Positions 1-11,052 of a DNA stretch of 64,000 bases are shown in pieces. Made by a program: the position numbers and the translations under genes. Each line of letters opens with the position of its first letter. The first letter of the stretch is position 1. Below the pieces are notes generated by a model that saw only the letters and a list, made by a program, of their open reading frames with translations, was not told the origin of the DNA and ran no database searches. Source of the stretch: Asterias rubens. Its lineage: Eukaryota. The DNA lies in contig NC_047070.1 in the NCBI RefSeq assembly GCF_902459465.1, positions 19,654,001-19,718,000 of the forward strand, written 5' to 3'.

Positions 1-1463
1 AGTGGGTAAAATTGTCCTTTGAATATCACAATCAGTGGCGTGCAGATTTTTGTTTATTAGGGGAGGGGGGAAACCAGAGGCAAAGACATAGAATATATTT
101 AATGTATTAACTATGCATTTGCGCATTTTTTTATCTCATGAGGGGCAAGGGAGTCCTCTGTATAAGTTTCGACATTAATAACACTTTTAAACTCCAAAAC
201 GGCTCTTTTTACAAAGTTGAATGTTGAGACATTGATTTAAATCACATTTGCTGTTTTAAGGATATTTGAAAAGGTCACTTTCTCATCAAAATTTTTAGCA
301 AAGATTTGTGCGTTAGACAGTACACTACAAGTTGAAACCCACTCCTCTACAGAGGACAGGGGCATTGTTTTTGAATGAGATAATGAATGAGATAGCCGCA
401 GGTTAATATTTAATATTGCCCAAAATTGTTGTAAGCAATTTATTTTGAAAAGTAAAATAATAAACATTGTCAAATATCATCTGCCTTATTTTAATTTTAT
501 TTCAAATTTTGCACAAAATACTTTTTTTTTTTTTTTTTTATGTTGGTTTTGATAATTCGTTAGTATATCTTATTAAACAAAGTAATAAAAGTTGAATTTA
601 ATCAATTTAAGCAACCTCCAATAATAAAAAGAAAGCTACATCAGCCATCAGAAGATAATTTAAACCTAGAGCCTCCAAAATGAACCATATAAATTCCCCA
701 GGCGAAAATCGCTTGGTGTTTGTTGTTATATATTTGGTTTGCGGTAACACCATGTGTGTATCTACTTACCAGGTAGAGTTGGTTCGTGACTGTCTCGATT
801 AATTCTACTACCGCGGAGTATGGTGTTTGTTGTTCATGTATATTTTTTTGCATCAGCAAATTGCACAATCTTTAACAGACTGCTGTCAATCACTCACACT
901 AGCAACGCTTGCTAATTTTCCATTTTAAGTCGGGGAACACGATCGTTGAATCTGAAATTTGCGCAGGTAGGGTGTTCCTACACGTGTACTACCATCAACC
1001 CAATTTTGTGGAAAGTGCGCCTTCTCTATAAATTTGCTTTGCGATAGTTCATAATACAAACAAAAACATAGACACCCAGTCTAACCTTTCAAATAATTAA
1101 CTTTCAAAGAACTGTAATGACTATAAATATGTAAAGATTTCGAAGCATTTTCAGGAGAAAATTCCACTACATAGTAATGTATCTCTGCATTTCAAGTGTT
1201 CGAAACATTAGGCAAAAGTTACATTTTTTACTCAGGTGAAATATTTCAAAATGGTACTAAGTATCATGGCTATTGGAAAGCTGACAAATTCTACATCATG
1301 TGCTTTGGTTTTCTCGCATTATCTCAAAACAAAGAGCATCCTCCAGTCAGAAATGTGGACAGTCAGAAATGTAGATGCGTCAATAAAATCTGGTTCCGAA
1401 GTAAAGTAAACTGAATTTTTCACAAATTTAATTTGCTGCATTATTTCCAAGATTTTCTTTGGA

Positions 1464-1593
1464 GGATAACTTTCCGTATGGCGCCACCACTTTTTCACTC
1501 ATTTTTACAAAAAGGGATATCAATCAGGTAAATATGTTCCTATATTATTTTATATCGAATGAAAAAGTGGTGGCGCCATACGGACACTTTTCC
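1464..1593. mobile_element. Near-palindromic ~130-bp MITE family (ends GGATAACTTTCCGTATGGCGCCACCAC / GTGGTGGCGCCATACGGA)
   Basis: Long inverted arms. Related copies at ~8003-8134, ~8721-8926, ~37465-37606, ~37612-37716 and ~37818-37926. No clear TSD, so superfamily not assigned. Confidence 0.65.
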
Positions 1594-1833
1594 CATCTCC
1601 ATGTTCACAGCTACTTTTCATACACAAACAGATCTATACGTTTTAATGAACGGCAGTTTTGCCGGACTCGCTATATATTAAAGGCCCTATACACGTGTGG
1701 TTTTCAAAAGGGATGGCGCCGCCCTCCAATTCCAGTGCAGTGGATCCGTAAAAATGTTAATTTTGACTGTTTCAAACCATTACATTTACAGCAAAAGATC
1801 TTCACCAGTAGGTATGAATAATTTTAAACTCAC

Positions 1834-2260
1834 CTTGCTCGTTTTGTAGAGATTTTGGCGGCTGAGTCGCACATAAAATGTGAAAGAAATGCAGAGTTTC
1901 AAGTTTGGGAATGTCCGGGCATGGATCAGCTGTCGTCCGAGGGTAGCCTGAATGTCTGACGTCATTTCTTCGAATCCGAGGGTCAGCCACTTTGTCCATC
2001 GCATGAGGGCGCTCGTGTGACCGCACGCAAGACCACTTTGGCCCTTTTCGAAACCACGGTCTCGGCTTTGGAATCGGCTTCAGGCTCCGTCCTGACGTTG
2101 AACGTAGGAACATAACCCTACTGACCCTCACTTGCAGCCATCCCCCTGTAACCTCACACCCAGTGAATAAACCCACCCCTGCAACCAACCCCTCGTCCCA
2201 GCCAACCAATCCGTTATCATTTGCTACAACAAACCGTATGTAAGCCAACAATTTACATAA
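1834..2260 (-). other. Candidate first exon of an unidentified gene running off the left edge
   Basis: GC/CpG-richer island ending in a strong donor (CAAG|gtgagt at 1834/1833). ATG at 1999 in good context (gcgATGg) reads MDKVADPRIRRN...NEQ, open to the donor in phase 1. No domain recognised. Confidence 0.3.
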
Positions 2261-2274
2261 CAATCAAGTCCAGA

Positions 2275-2280
2275 TTTATT
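2275..2280 (-). promoter_or_regulatory. Candidate polyadenylation signal for the RNF24-like gene
   Basis: AATAAA on the minus strand followed by GT/T-rich sequence; would imply a ~2.8-kb 3' UTR. Inference only. Confidence 0.3.
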
Positions 2281-2735
2281 AATTCAACAATTCAAAGGGG
2301 ACAATATTCAATATTTACAAGTTATTATAAAATACCAACATTTTTGAAACCCTTTAGCAATATTAATACCAGATAATTATTGTAAGTACATTGAAAACAA
2401 ATGTTGAAATATAAAATATAAATCTTTTTATTTACAGATCATTCCTTACCCATCAACCGTAAATAAATGGCTCTGAAGACAATATTTTAGGTGAATTTAG
2501 AGAAGGCACCAAAGTAATATCAAATTATTACAAAAGTACTGAGTAAAGTGAAGTGTACATCAAATACCATGTTTTTCTGTCTCAAATAATTCAGGCAGTA
2601 ACATAAACCACTTTCAAGGTGAGAAATGTCTTGCAAGGAAACTTTTCCAAACAAAGTTTCATGTTTAAGACTTATCAATAGAAGAGATAACTGAACTAGA
2701 CTTTGGGAGACAACCATGAGTTAACATACCAATGC

Positions 2736-3122
2736 TTAAAGGCAGTGGACACTATTGGTAATTACTCAAAATAATTATTAGCATAAAACCTCACTTGGTA
2801 ACGAGTAATGGGGAGCTGTTGGTAGTAGAAAACATTGTGAGAAACAGCTCCCTCTGAAGTAAGGTAGTTTTCGAGAAAGAAGTAATTTTCCACAAATTTG
2901 ATTTTGAGACCTCAAGTTTAGAATTTGAGGTCTCGAAATCAAGCATCTGAAAGCACACAACTTTGTGTGACAAGGGTGTTTTTTTCTTTCATAGTTATCT
3001 CGCAACTCCGACAACAAATTGAGCTCAAATTTTCACAGGTTTATTATTTTATGCATATGTTGAGATACACCAAGTGAGAAGGCTGGTCTTTGACAATTAC
3101 TAGTAGTGTTCATTGTCTTTTA
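2736..3122 (+). mobile_element. Kolobok-type non-autonomous DNA transposon (~380 bp)
   Basis: TTAA|AGGCAGTGGACACTATTGGTAATT...degenerate right TIR. TTAA TSD with purine-purine termini matches Kolobok rather than piggyBac. Closely similar to copies at 19149, 36595 and 62293. Confidence 0.8.
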
Positions 3123-3569
3123 TATTTATGAGAATAACATTTTCACAAATTTCATTGCATTTCATTCATTCTGGTTGTGAAGCCAAGAACTCTTAGAAAA
3201 GCTAACTAAATCACTATATACTAGCCAATAACCCAATGGAGAGAAGACAAGAAAGGAAGTTACAGTTATAGATGTGGAGTAAAACCACATGTTTCAGACT
3301 TGTCTCCAATATAATCCACCTGGGTGTTTTTATGTAATCTCTTCGTGAAAGAAGTGGCATGCATTCTCAGAGGAATCGGGGGTCAGATGATGTGAGGTAC
3401 ATGTAAGTCTGACCGGACCTCCCCAGAATGCTGAGGAGTATCCCAAATTCTTAAAATCTACTCCGCAGTAGTAGAATATAAAGTATGACACTTCTCTCAA
3501 AGGAAAAATCTACCTGGCAAGTAGACACACACATAGTTCTCACTTTGTCAAGTAATAAACCCACAGGCG

Positions 3570-3740
3570 AAACTGACTGGGTAAACTTGTTATGAATTTG
3601 AGTATAAACAAAGACAATTTGACTAGAGCGGGATTTGAACCAACGACCTCCGGATAAATGTGATGGCGCTCCAAACAAATGAGCTATCTAGCCCTATGTT
3701 GGCAGTCTCCCTATTTTGTCAATGTTTGTTCTGGGGTGTC
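3570..3740 (-). mobile_element. tRNA-derived SINE, second family
   Basis: Reverse strand shows TAGATAGCTCATTTG...GAGCGCC and the B-box-like GGTTCAAATCCCG. A related head lies at ~4050-4130 (+). Confidence 0.55.
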
Positions 3741-5095
3741 AGGCAGAGCCATATAACTGCTAGCTACCGTGTAGCCAGGTATCACACCCAAGTACCAGCT
3801 TCAACATAGAAAGCAGCAGCCAGGGGATCACCTTATGGGGATGCAATATTATTCTGACTGGCACCCAAACAATGGGAGACTTTCTGGGACGATAGAGGGC
3901 AGCAGACTTACCGGGTAAATCCATTGTTCTCAGAATTATGCGCATGTTCAGAACTACGTAAACAATGGAAATTTACCCGGTATGTCTGCTGCCGCCTAGC
4001 GTTGGAAAGTCTCCTATTGTATTGACAAAACAGAGACTACACCCACATACACTAGATAGCTCTATTGGTAGAGCGCCAGGTCTTTGGTTCAAATCCCGTT
4101 CAAGTACATTTTCTTTGTTTATACCAAAACTAGTTCTCACTTTCTACAACCATGGAAAGCTTTAAATCTTACTTTAAAAAAAACCTCAAAAATGTTTACA
4201 ATTTAAAATCGACAATACGTAATTGGAGAAAAAAAGTTAGTTGATTCAATAGTTCTACATTACCAAATACCTTAAAAACCAATTACAGAAAAAAATATTT
4301 TATATATTTATAAATACATTTCTATGTACACAATTTTACTGTTTCAGTACTGAAAAATATGATTAGCATTCAACCAGGAAGACATGATTTCATGATAGAT
4401 GTTCAGCCCTTAACAAAGTTTTAGATACAATAACATTTTAAATTGCCAAATTTTCATTTGTTAAGATACATTTTACACACTTTACTTGAAAAAACCCAAT
4501 TTTGTTGTGCTTAACTGTTTTTTGTGCTTTAAACTGCTTTATGAAATTAGTTCCTGTTTGGAACAGCCGATACCTTCAAGAAGATGTTCCTTTATTGTCA
4601 GTGACACAGCAGAATGGTCATGCACAGTGTCCAAAGAGACCAAGAGATATTCCCTACATCACCCAAAATATTCCATCAACATTAAACTGCAGCTGCCATC
4701 ATTAAAATGTTGCAATCAATCTGTTGTGCCAGTCACTATCGGTAACCTCAAACCTACCTCAGGCACCTATTCCATCATCGTCTTAGATGATTGTACGGCC
4801 CGAGACAAACCTTCCTGGAATGCTGAAGTGATCTTTCCCAATAGAACAGAAACATTTAGAAGGAGTCTCTGTCTTCACCAACTTTGAATGAAGATTTCCA
4901 AAAAAGTAGTCTCGTATCACCTTCAACAACTGATGGAGTGGTTCCCATTTCCATCGGTCTTGGTTTTGTTTAGTTTGGCATCACTGGCTACAAGGTGGTG
5001 GACTTTGGTACCAGACTGAGTTCTCTCCCCAGTAACCAGCATACTGTCACATACTGCTGTAGTTGGGGTACCTGCCGGTCGGTAGTGTTTACCAG

Positions 5096-7777
5096 TTAGA
5101 GGCTACTGGTAACTGACTGTGTAGGTAGTGAATGCACATGGACACGTAGGCTTGAGCGCTCCGTCACTAAAGGCCGTAACTTGGCATTACAAATAGGACA
5201 GGTATTGCGCAACCGCAGCCACTTGGAGATGCATCTAAAGAGAGATAAACGAATAAAAAACAGTAGAGTATGAGAGTTGTGGAAAACTAATTACAATGCC
5301 ATTGTAGGTGATTCCATCATCACAAGGAGCAAGTTCAATGAATCATTATAGCAATAACACAGACGTGATTTTATCAACTTTTTGCAATCTCAATGAGTTG
5401 GTAGAGCGCAAAGGTCTAAAAAATTACTCCCCGCAAAGGCTAGATAAATTGATCCCATCGAGAAGTGATTAAGGGAAGTTGAAGAGAACAATGCCTTAGA
5501 GAGGTTAAAGGGCCTTGCCTCATTTGGCAATGTGTGGGGGAACAATGACTTTGAAAGCAGCTCTGTGAAGCGCCCAAAGCATCCTATAACTATTCATATA
5601 GAACTCCTATATTAAATATTGGAGCATCGTGGAAGTATACAAGGCAGAATGCCTGGGGCCGTTGTTGATTGGCTGGAAATATTATACTTAATCAATAAAA
5701 GTAATACAAAGGTTCTTACATGACATGGAATACATGCTGGCAGTAACACTGACCAATTATTCATGTAGGACTCCTATAATAAATATTGGAGCATCATATA
5801 GCAGATATACAATGCCTGGGGCTGTTGTTGATTGGCTGGAAACATCATACTTGATCAATAAAAGGTATACAAAGGTTCTTACATGATATGGAATACATGC
5901 TGGCAGTGACACTGACCAATCTTTGTGCCCTCTTCAAAGTCTTCTAGGCAAACGGAGCACATCTGTAGGGGAAAAACAAACAAACAAACCATTATTTTTA
6001 ATAATAATAATAATTGCTTCTTATAAAGCGCCAAATATAATATCCGTCACTAAGTGACGCTCAAGGTTCAGTACTTTGCTGCAAGGTACAAGGGGCTACG
6101 TGTGAAGTAAGATACTACTGCTTTTACAGAGCACCATGTAATAGTTTACAAGTTGCTGTGGTGCATAATGCAGCATAAATATTTTCATACGCCCTTACAA
6201 CGTTAATTAAAAAATATACTCGGAGATTGGTTACAAAATGGTCACTTGGAGGTTCATTGAAGTAGCGAATAAATGGCCCCTAAATAAGCATATTGTTACA
6301 ATATATTTGTTATTCTGGAAACCTTGAAATCAACTGTTTTCTCTGGCAAATTGCTTTGTGTTTTTTGGAAAGGACAGATGGGGCCACTGTTGGCATACCA
6401 CACGTGGGCGTATGCGCAGAAAACCGTATCAATTTAAGGTGGCTGGTACAGGCGTGAAACCAACATAATACAAAGCATAAAGCTGAACACTAACCATAGT
6501 AATGCTATTTATGATGCAGTTAATTTTCAAAGCTCATGGTTTTTGAAAATATACGCCTAACTGATCAAAATGTTAAGTCGTTAAACACTGATTCTTTTCA
6601 GAACGAACACTACTCAAACTTCCACCATGCAAAGTTTCAAAACCTTCAAATCCAAAGATAAAACATGTAGGCCTTCATGTATTTGAAGCAACCAATTCAT
6701 AAACTCACGTCAAACTTGGCTCCAATTTTCTTCTTCGTATAGTTCACCTGAAAGAATAGAAACAATGATTATTGTTAATTTGCCTTGACAAAATGACTTA
6801 CTTCTGGACTTGGACAAAAATGACTTGTGACTTGTTTTGACTTGGACTTAAACGACCTGCCACTTGACTTGTCTCGGATAAACATTACTGAGACTTGACA
6901 CACCTTGAAAAAAAAAAGACTTGCAACTTGAACTGACTTGACTTGTACAAAAACTGACTCGTGACTTGACTTGACTTAGACAAAAATTACTTGTGACCTG
7001 ACTGGGCTGGGAAAAAAATAACTGAGACTTGATTTGCTCAGAAAACAATGAATTGTGACCTAACTTGACTTTTAAAAAAATAAAACGAATTGGAAAAGAA
7101 AAAAAATTGCGAGTTGACAGGGACAAAAATTACTTATAGACTTGACTTGACTTGGACAAAATGATTGAGACGACCTGAGGAAGAGTCATTTAGTTTCAAC
7201 AATTGTAGAAAGCATTGCATGATGGGGTAGCCAACGTTCCTCCAAAATCACAACAACTTTGGATAGTCACTGGTGTGACTGATGAAAAATGTACTCACTG
7301 TTTTGAATCCAGTGTCGACCTTTCCGGATCGTTTGAGCCTGGAAACAATTAAAAAGAAAAGAAATTAAGGTTTTTTTTTATAGTGTTTCTTTTCTGCAAG
7401 TCGCCAGACACAACAGGCCTGTAGGCCACTTCAAGGTGTGGGCTACAATCAACTATTTCCAGGGGTCATTGCAGGATTACTCCCTTCACAGTCCATAAGG
7501 ATGTGAGCTTGGGTGTCATCCACCAGAAGCGTGACTGGTAGAGCAGAATGCTCTACCTTCAAATATACTTTCAACAGCTCTCCAATGCTTGTCACAAAGT
7601 AAGTTTTTGTGCTAACAATTACTATGAGTAATTACCAATAGTGCTCAGTGCTTACCTCAGAAGATAGCAGCAGAAGACCAGGTTAAGCAACAAGATTAGC
7701 CCAGCAACGGCAAGAAACGGCAACACTTGCTGAAAATTCAATGGAAGTTCACTGGACATGGTGACATTCTCAATCAT
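5096..7777 (-). CDS. RNF24: RNF24/RNF122-like transmembrane RING-H2 E3 ubiquitin ligase, 139 aa
   Basis: Exons 7777-7656, 7338-7299, 6747-6709, 5962-5883, 5234-5096 (420 nt, phases consistent, all GT/AG). N-terminal TM ending LVFCCYLLRLKR, then RING-H2 C-x2-C-x14-C-x-H-x2-H-x2-C-x10-C-x2-C. RNF24 versus RNF122 orthology is not resolved. Confidence 0.9.
5595..5920. repeat. 163-bp tandem duplication containing the 3' 38 nt of RING exon 4 plus its donor
   Basis: 5595-5757 matches 5758-5920 at roughly 80-85%. The copy reads IGQCYCQHVFHV|gtaag versus the real IGQCHCQHVFHI|gtaag. Confidence 0.85.
6794..7170. repeat. Degenerate (TGACT/GACTTG)n array in RNF24-like intron 2
   Basis: Many interspersed gacttg/tgactt motifs separated by A-tracts. 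Confidence 0.65.
7395..7560 (-). mobile_element. SINE body fragment, same body as the SINE at 22777
   Basis: Reverse complement matches ~22880-23060. Another fragment lies at ~34300-34510. Confidence 0.6.
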
Positions 7778-9819
7778 TTGTTTTCGCACTGATGGGACGG
7801 AAGTCTTCTAGACCATTGATACACAAACTCTCAACTGCTCACAATTGCATCTGTTAAAACAAAGCATTTCATTTAAGTTACATGTAGGAAATAGGATTGA
7901 AGATATTGGTTACGTCGACTACTAATCAATCTTGAATAATAAAGACTTGTAATGCCCACATATCCACCCTGCAGGAGTGTTCAAGGCACTGTAAAAAAAT
8001 AAGGAAAAGTTTCCGCATGGCGCCACCACTTTTTCATTCGATATGAAATAATATAGTATCTAATTTACCTCATTGATATATCCATTTTTGTAAAAATAAG
8101 TGAAAAAGTGGTGGCGCCATACGGAAAGTTATCCAAAAATAACAAAAGTAAACAGACACAACTGAGCTCGTGCGCGTTTTAATGCACAAAGAACAGCTAT
8201 CATCCAATCATTTGCCTCCTTTGACCCCAGTGAGGGCGACTGGACTCCAAGTATCAGTGATGTGATTATTATGCACGAAAGAGAAGGAACCATCAAAAGC
8301 TAAAATATGGCCCCTGAAGTTCTGAACATGTAGGGAAGTATCGACGAGAGATCAGAAAGTCGCACAATTTGGACAATTAAAAAGGTATTTATTAAATGTG
8401 AATAACAGTGTTCGGACCCGGTCTTTACTGCGTGGTAATGACCTTGGTTAGTCGCTGGCGCTATTAACGGACCCCGCCTCCAGGTCTGTTAACAGCAGGG
8501 CCAGCCACCAACCCGGTCATTACCACGCAGTGAAGACCGTGTCCTATGTATTATTCCCTAAATACAACGACGAAACAAAGGGGGTCGATTCTATTCATTT
8601 AAAACGAACAGTGTTTATATATACAGTTATAACAACTCAAACACAACTGAATCACAGATCGACTGCTCATTTCTGAAATTACGCTGCTCAATCAGGGCAT
8701 TTGGGCGATATCTTATCCGGCAAAGTTTCCGCATGGATCATTGGATGGCGCCACCAGCATGACCAGCAGGCACCACTTTTTCATCATGTTCATTCGATCG
8801 ATAATCCGATATGATTATGAAATAATCTGGTTCTAATTTACCTCAAATTGAGGCTCAATGAGGTATTCCTAACCCTTTAAGTAATAATGAGTAAAACAAA
8901 GTAGTGGCGCCATACGGAAAGTTATCCTATCTCATGATTACGAACACCATGGAGCTATTAAAAAGGAAGGAGGTCATTCAAAACATCGACGACGAGACGT
9001 GCACAATTACCTTTATTAATACAGCAGTCAGGTTTTGTGCACTTCATCAGCTGGAAAATACAGCTCTCAGCAAGTTGTTGGCGCTTCCATCGGGGAGTCT
9101 TTATTTCCTAACATATAACTGCAACACATTTGATGTAACTCTAGCATTATTATCAACGTACAATCTGGATTTGCTAAAAGTAAAACCTCATTGTTTACCT
9201 TTATGCTTTTGTACGTAAGACCATACGAGGCACTGTAAAGTGCTTGTTATGCAAGCCAATCACTTATAAAATTATGTTTCTCATAACATAAATAATAGAA
9301 TATAATCTACGTGTTTAATTTCTAATATTCTTTCAGTTAACATAATATCAAATTAAGAATAAACTCGAAGTCGTACATGTTGGTCAGTAATATTTTGATT
9401 TTATCACCCATTTAATAGAAATTGTTTGCGTGAAAGCATACATGTAGGGTGTAGAAATCAGTGACCACAAACATTTTGATAATTTCAAAACAAATACACG
9501 GGATACGAAATTTTATTATGATTGTCCCGTTGATTTTAGAAAAGTTCGTGACACCTAAATCAGATTTGTTTCTTATAGTCCACAATCTCCAACAATTATG
9601 TGGTTTTAAAATGATCTTAATGGCATTTATAAAAATAGAAACATAATTGAATATTTCTATGGTATGTTTAAAGTTAACAAATTATTATTTTCGATAGAAT
9701 TGAATAAGACGTATTTAAATCATCTCGATGAGCCTAGTAAGTATTCATTTCCAGGGATTTCTTTTAATTTGGTGAGTATTTCTGAAATTTACAATCTTAA
9801 CTTTGCATCAAATCGATAC

Positions 9820-10150
9820 CTTCATACAGTATTTAGTGAAAACGATGGACAGATTTGTACACGTGAAATATTAATTGTCTTTTTGGTTAACGTCAAGATA
9901 GAATCTGGTGGTGAGAAAAGGAAGAAAATAAGCAAATTCTTTGTGGATATTGAGTTTGAGTTTGGGTTGACTCGGTCGGAAAACCAGGGTATCCCTGACC
10001 AGGGTTGCTGTATGTGTGAAACTTGAATGGCCTTTTTGTGTGTAAGAAAAAAAAGTGTGTTGTTTGTACATACTGATTGCTGTCGAAGTGACAGGCGTGA
10101 CAGAACAGTGAAAGGTCCCCGGCCTCCGAGTCCTCAATTAGAATTTGTTT
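9820..10150 (-). other. Candidate non-coding first exon of the RNF24-like gene
   Basis: Minus-strand donor GAAG|gtatcg at 9820/9819. The first coding exon has an acceptor (ttttaacag at 7851) upstream of its ATG, so an upstream exon is expected. The 5' end is a guess. Confidence 0.35.
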
Positions 10151-10525
10151 GTTCAATCAATACATCATGATGATCATGAAGTTGAAATAAATGAAAAACT
10201 TCTCCAACAAAAAGTAAAATAGGTTTTGCAAAACTTTCTCCATGTTTTTGAACACAGTCCCGATTTCTTTTCCAAAAAGCTTCTTAAACATGCTCACTTC
10301 TCACAACTAGTCACACTATTTCTACCTCCATGCACTAACAGTGACTCTGTGACAGTGACACAGTCTTTTGTTTTAAAAAGCTATTCCCCATGGTCAAATG
10401 ATCATGATGGTGACTTAAAATAATATAACTTAGGTTTCAATATGTCTCAAAACTGCAGGTCTGTCAGTAACTTTTAAGGGCGCTGTACTCCTTTTTTCGA
10501 AAGTTTGCATCGGGGCACCAAGGCA

Positions 10526-10680
10526 ATAGACCTTATGCATTGACGTCATCCAGCCGGCATCTTTGAGGTCAAACGGTGACGAAACAATCGAAACGCACAT
10601 AGATTGGCCAATGAACAACCTCCTTTTGACCTCAAGGCGAGGGCGGCGTACTAAAATGACATCATGTGCATAAGGTCTAT
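10526..10680. mobile_element. 155-bp MITE with AT TSD (ISL2EU/PHIS-like) between the divergent RNF24-like and BTB-ZF genes
   Basis: AT|AGACCTTATGCA...TGCATAAGGTCT|AT. Same family at 24908-25067 and 25203-25362. Confidence 0.85.
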
Positions 10681-11052
10681 TACCTTTGTTGCCTCCGTGA
10701 ATTATCAGGCCTGACTGTTTCAGGCCTGACTGTTTATGTTGAACAGAACAAAACTATCAGTTAGACATGTATTGTAGGGTGCCAATTACTTAATTAAAGG
10801 CACTTTGTCATCATCATACCACTTTAGATGGCAAAGTCATTCCTCAACCTTTACATGTATGGAGTTCATCTCTAGACAACCCAAAAAGCAGCTATAGTAT
10901 AAAGTTGTTGATGTAGGATTGCTGAAACTAAAAATTCATTTGATAAATAATTAAATGTCATACTTGACGATTATCCTCTCCAAATATAGACAAGCTGTGG
11001 TGAAAGAATGCCCAAGCCTTGGTTTATAGGGTGCTGCCTTTGAGCCTGAAGC

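Noticed and set aside
2778-3017. Recurrent short ORFs 'CAFRCLISRPQ...' (also 19191 and 36595)
   Set aside because: Chance frames inside Kolobok-type MITEs, with no transposase features.
4486-4887. 133-aa plus-strand ORF
   Set aside because: TTG start, no recognisable motif, and antisense to the presumptive RNF24-like 3' UTR.
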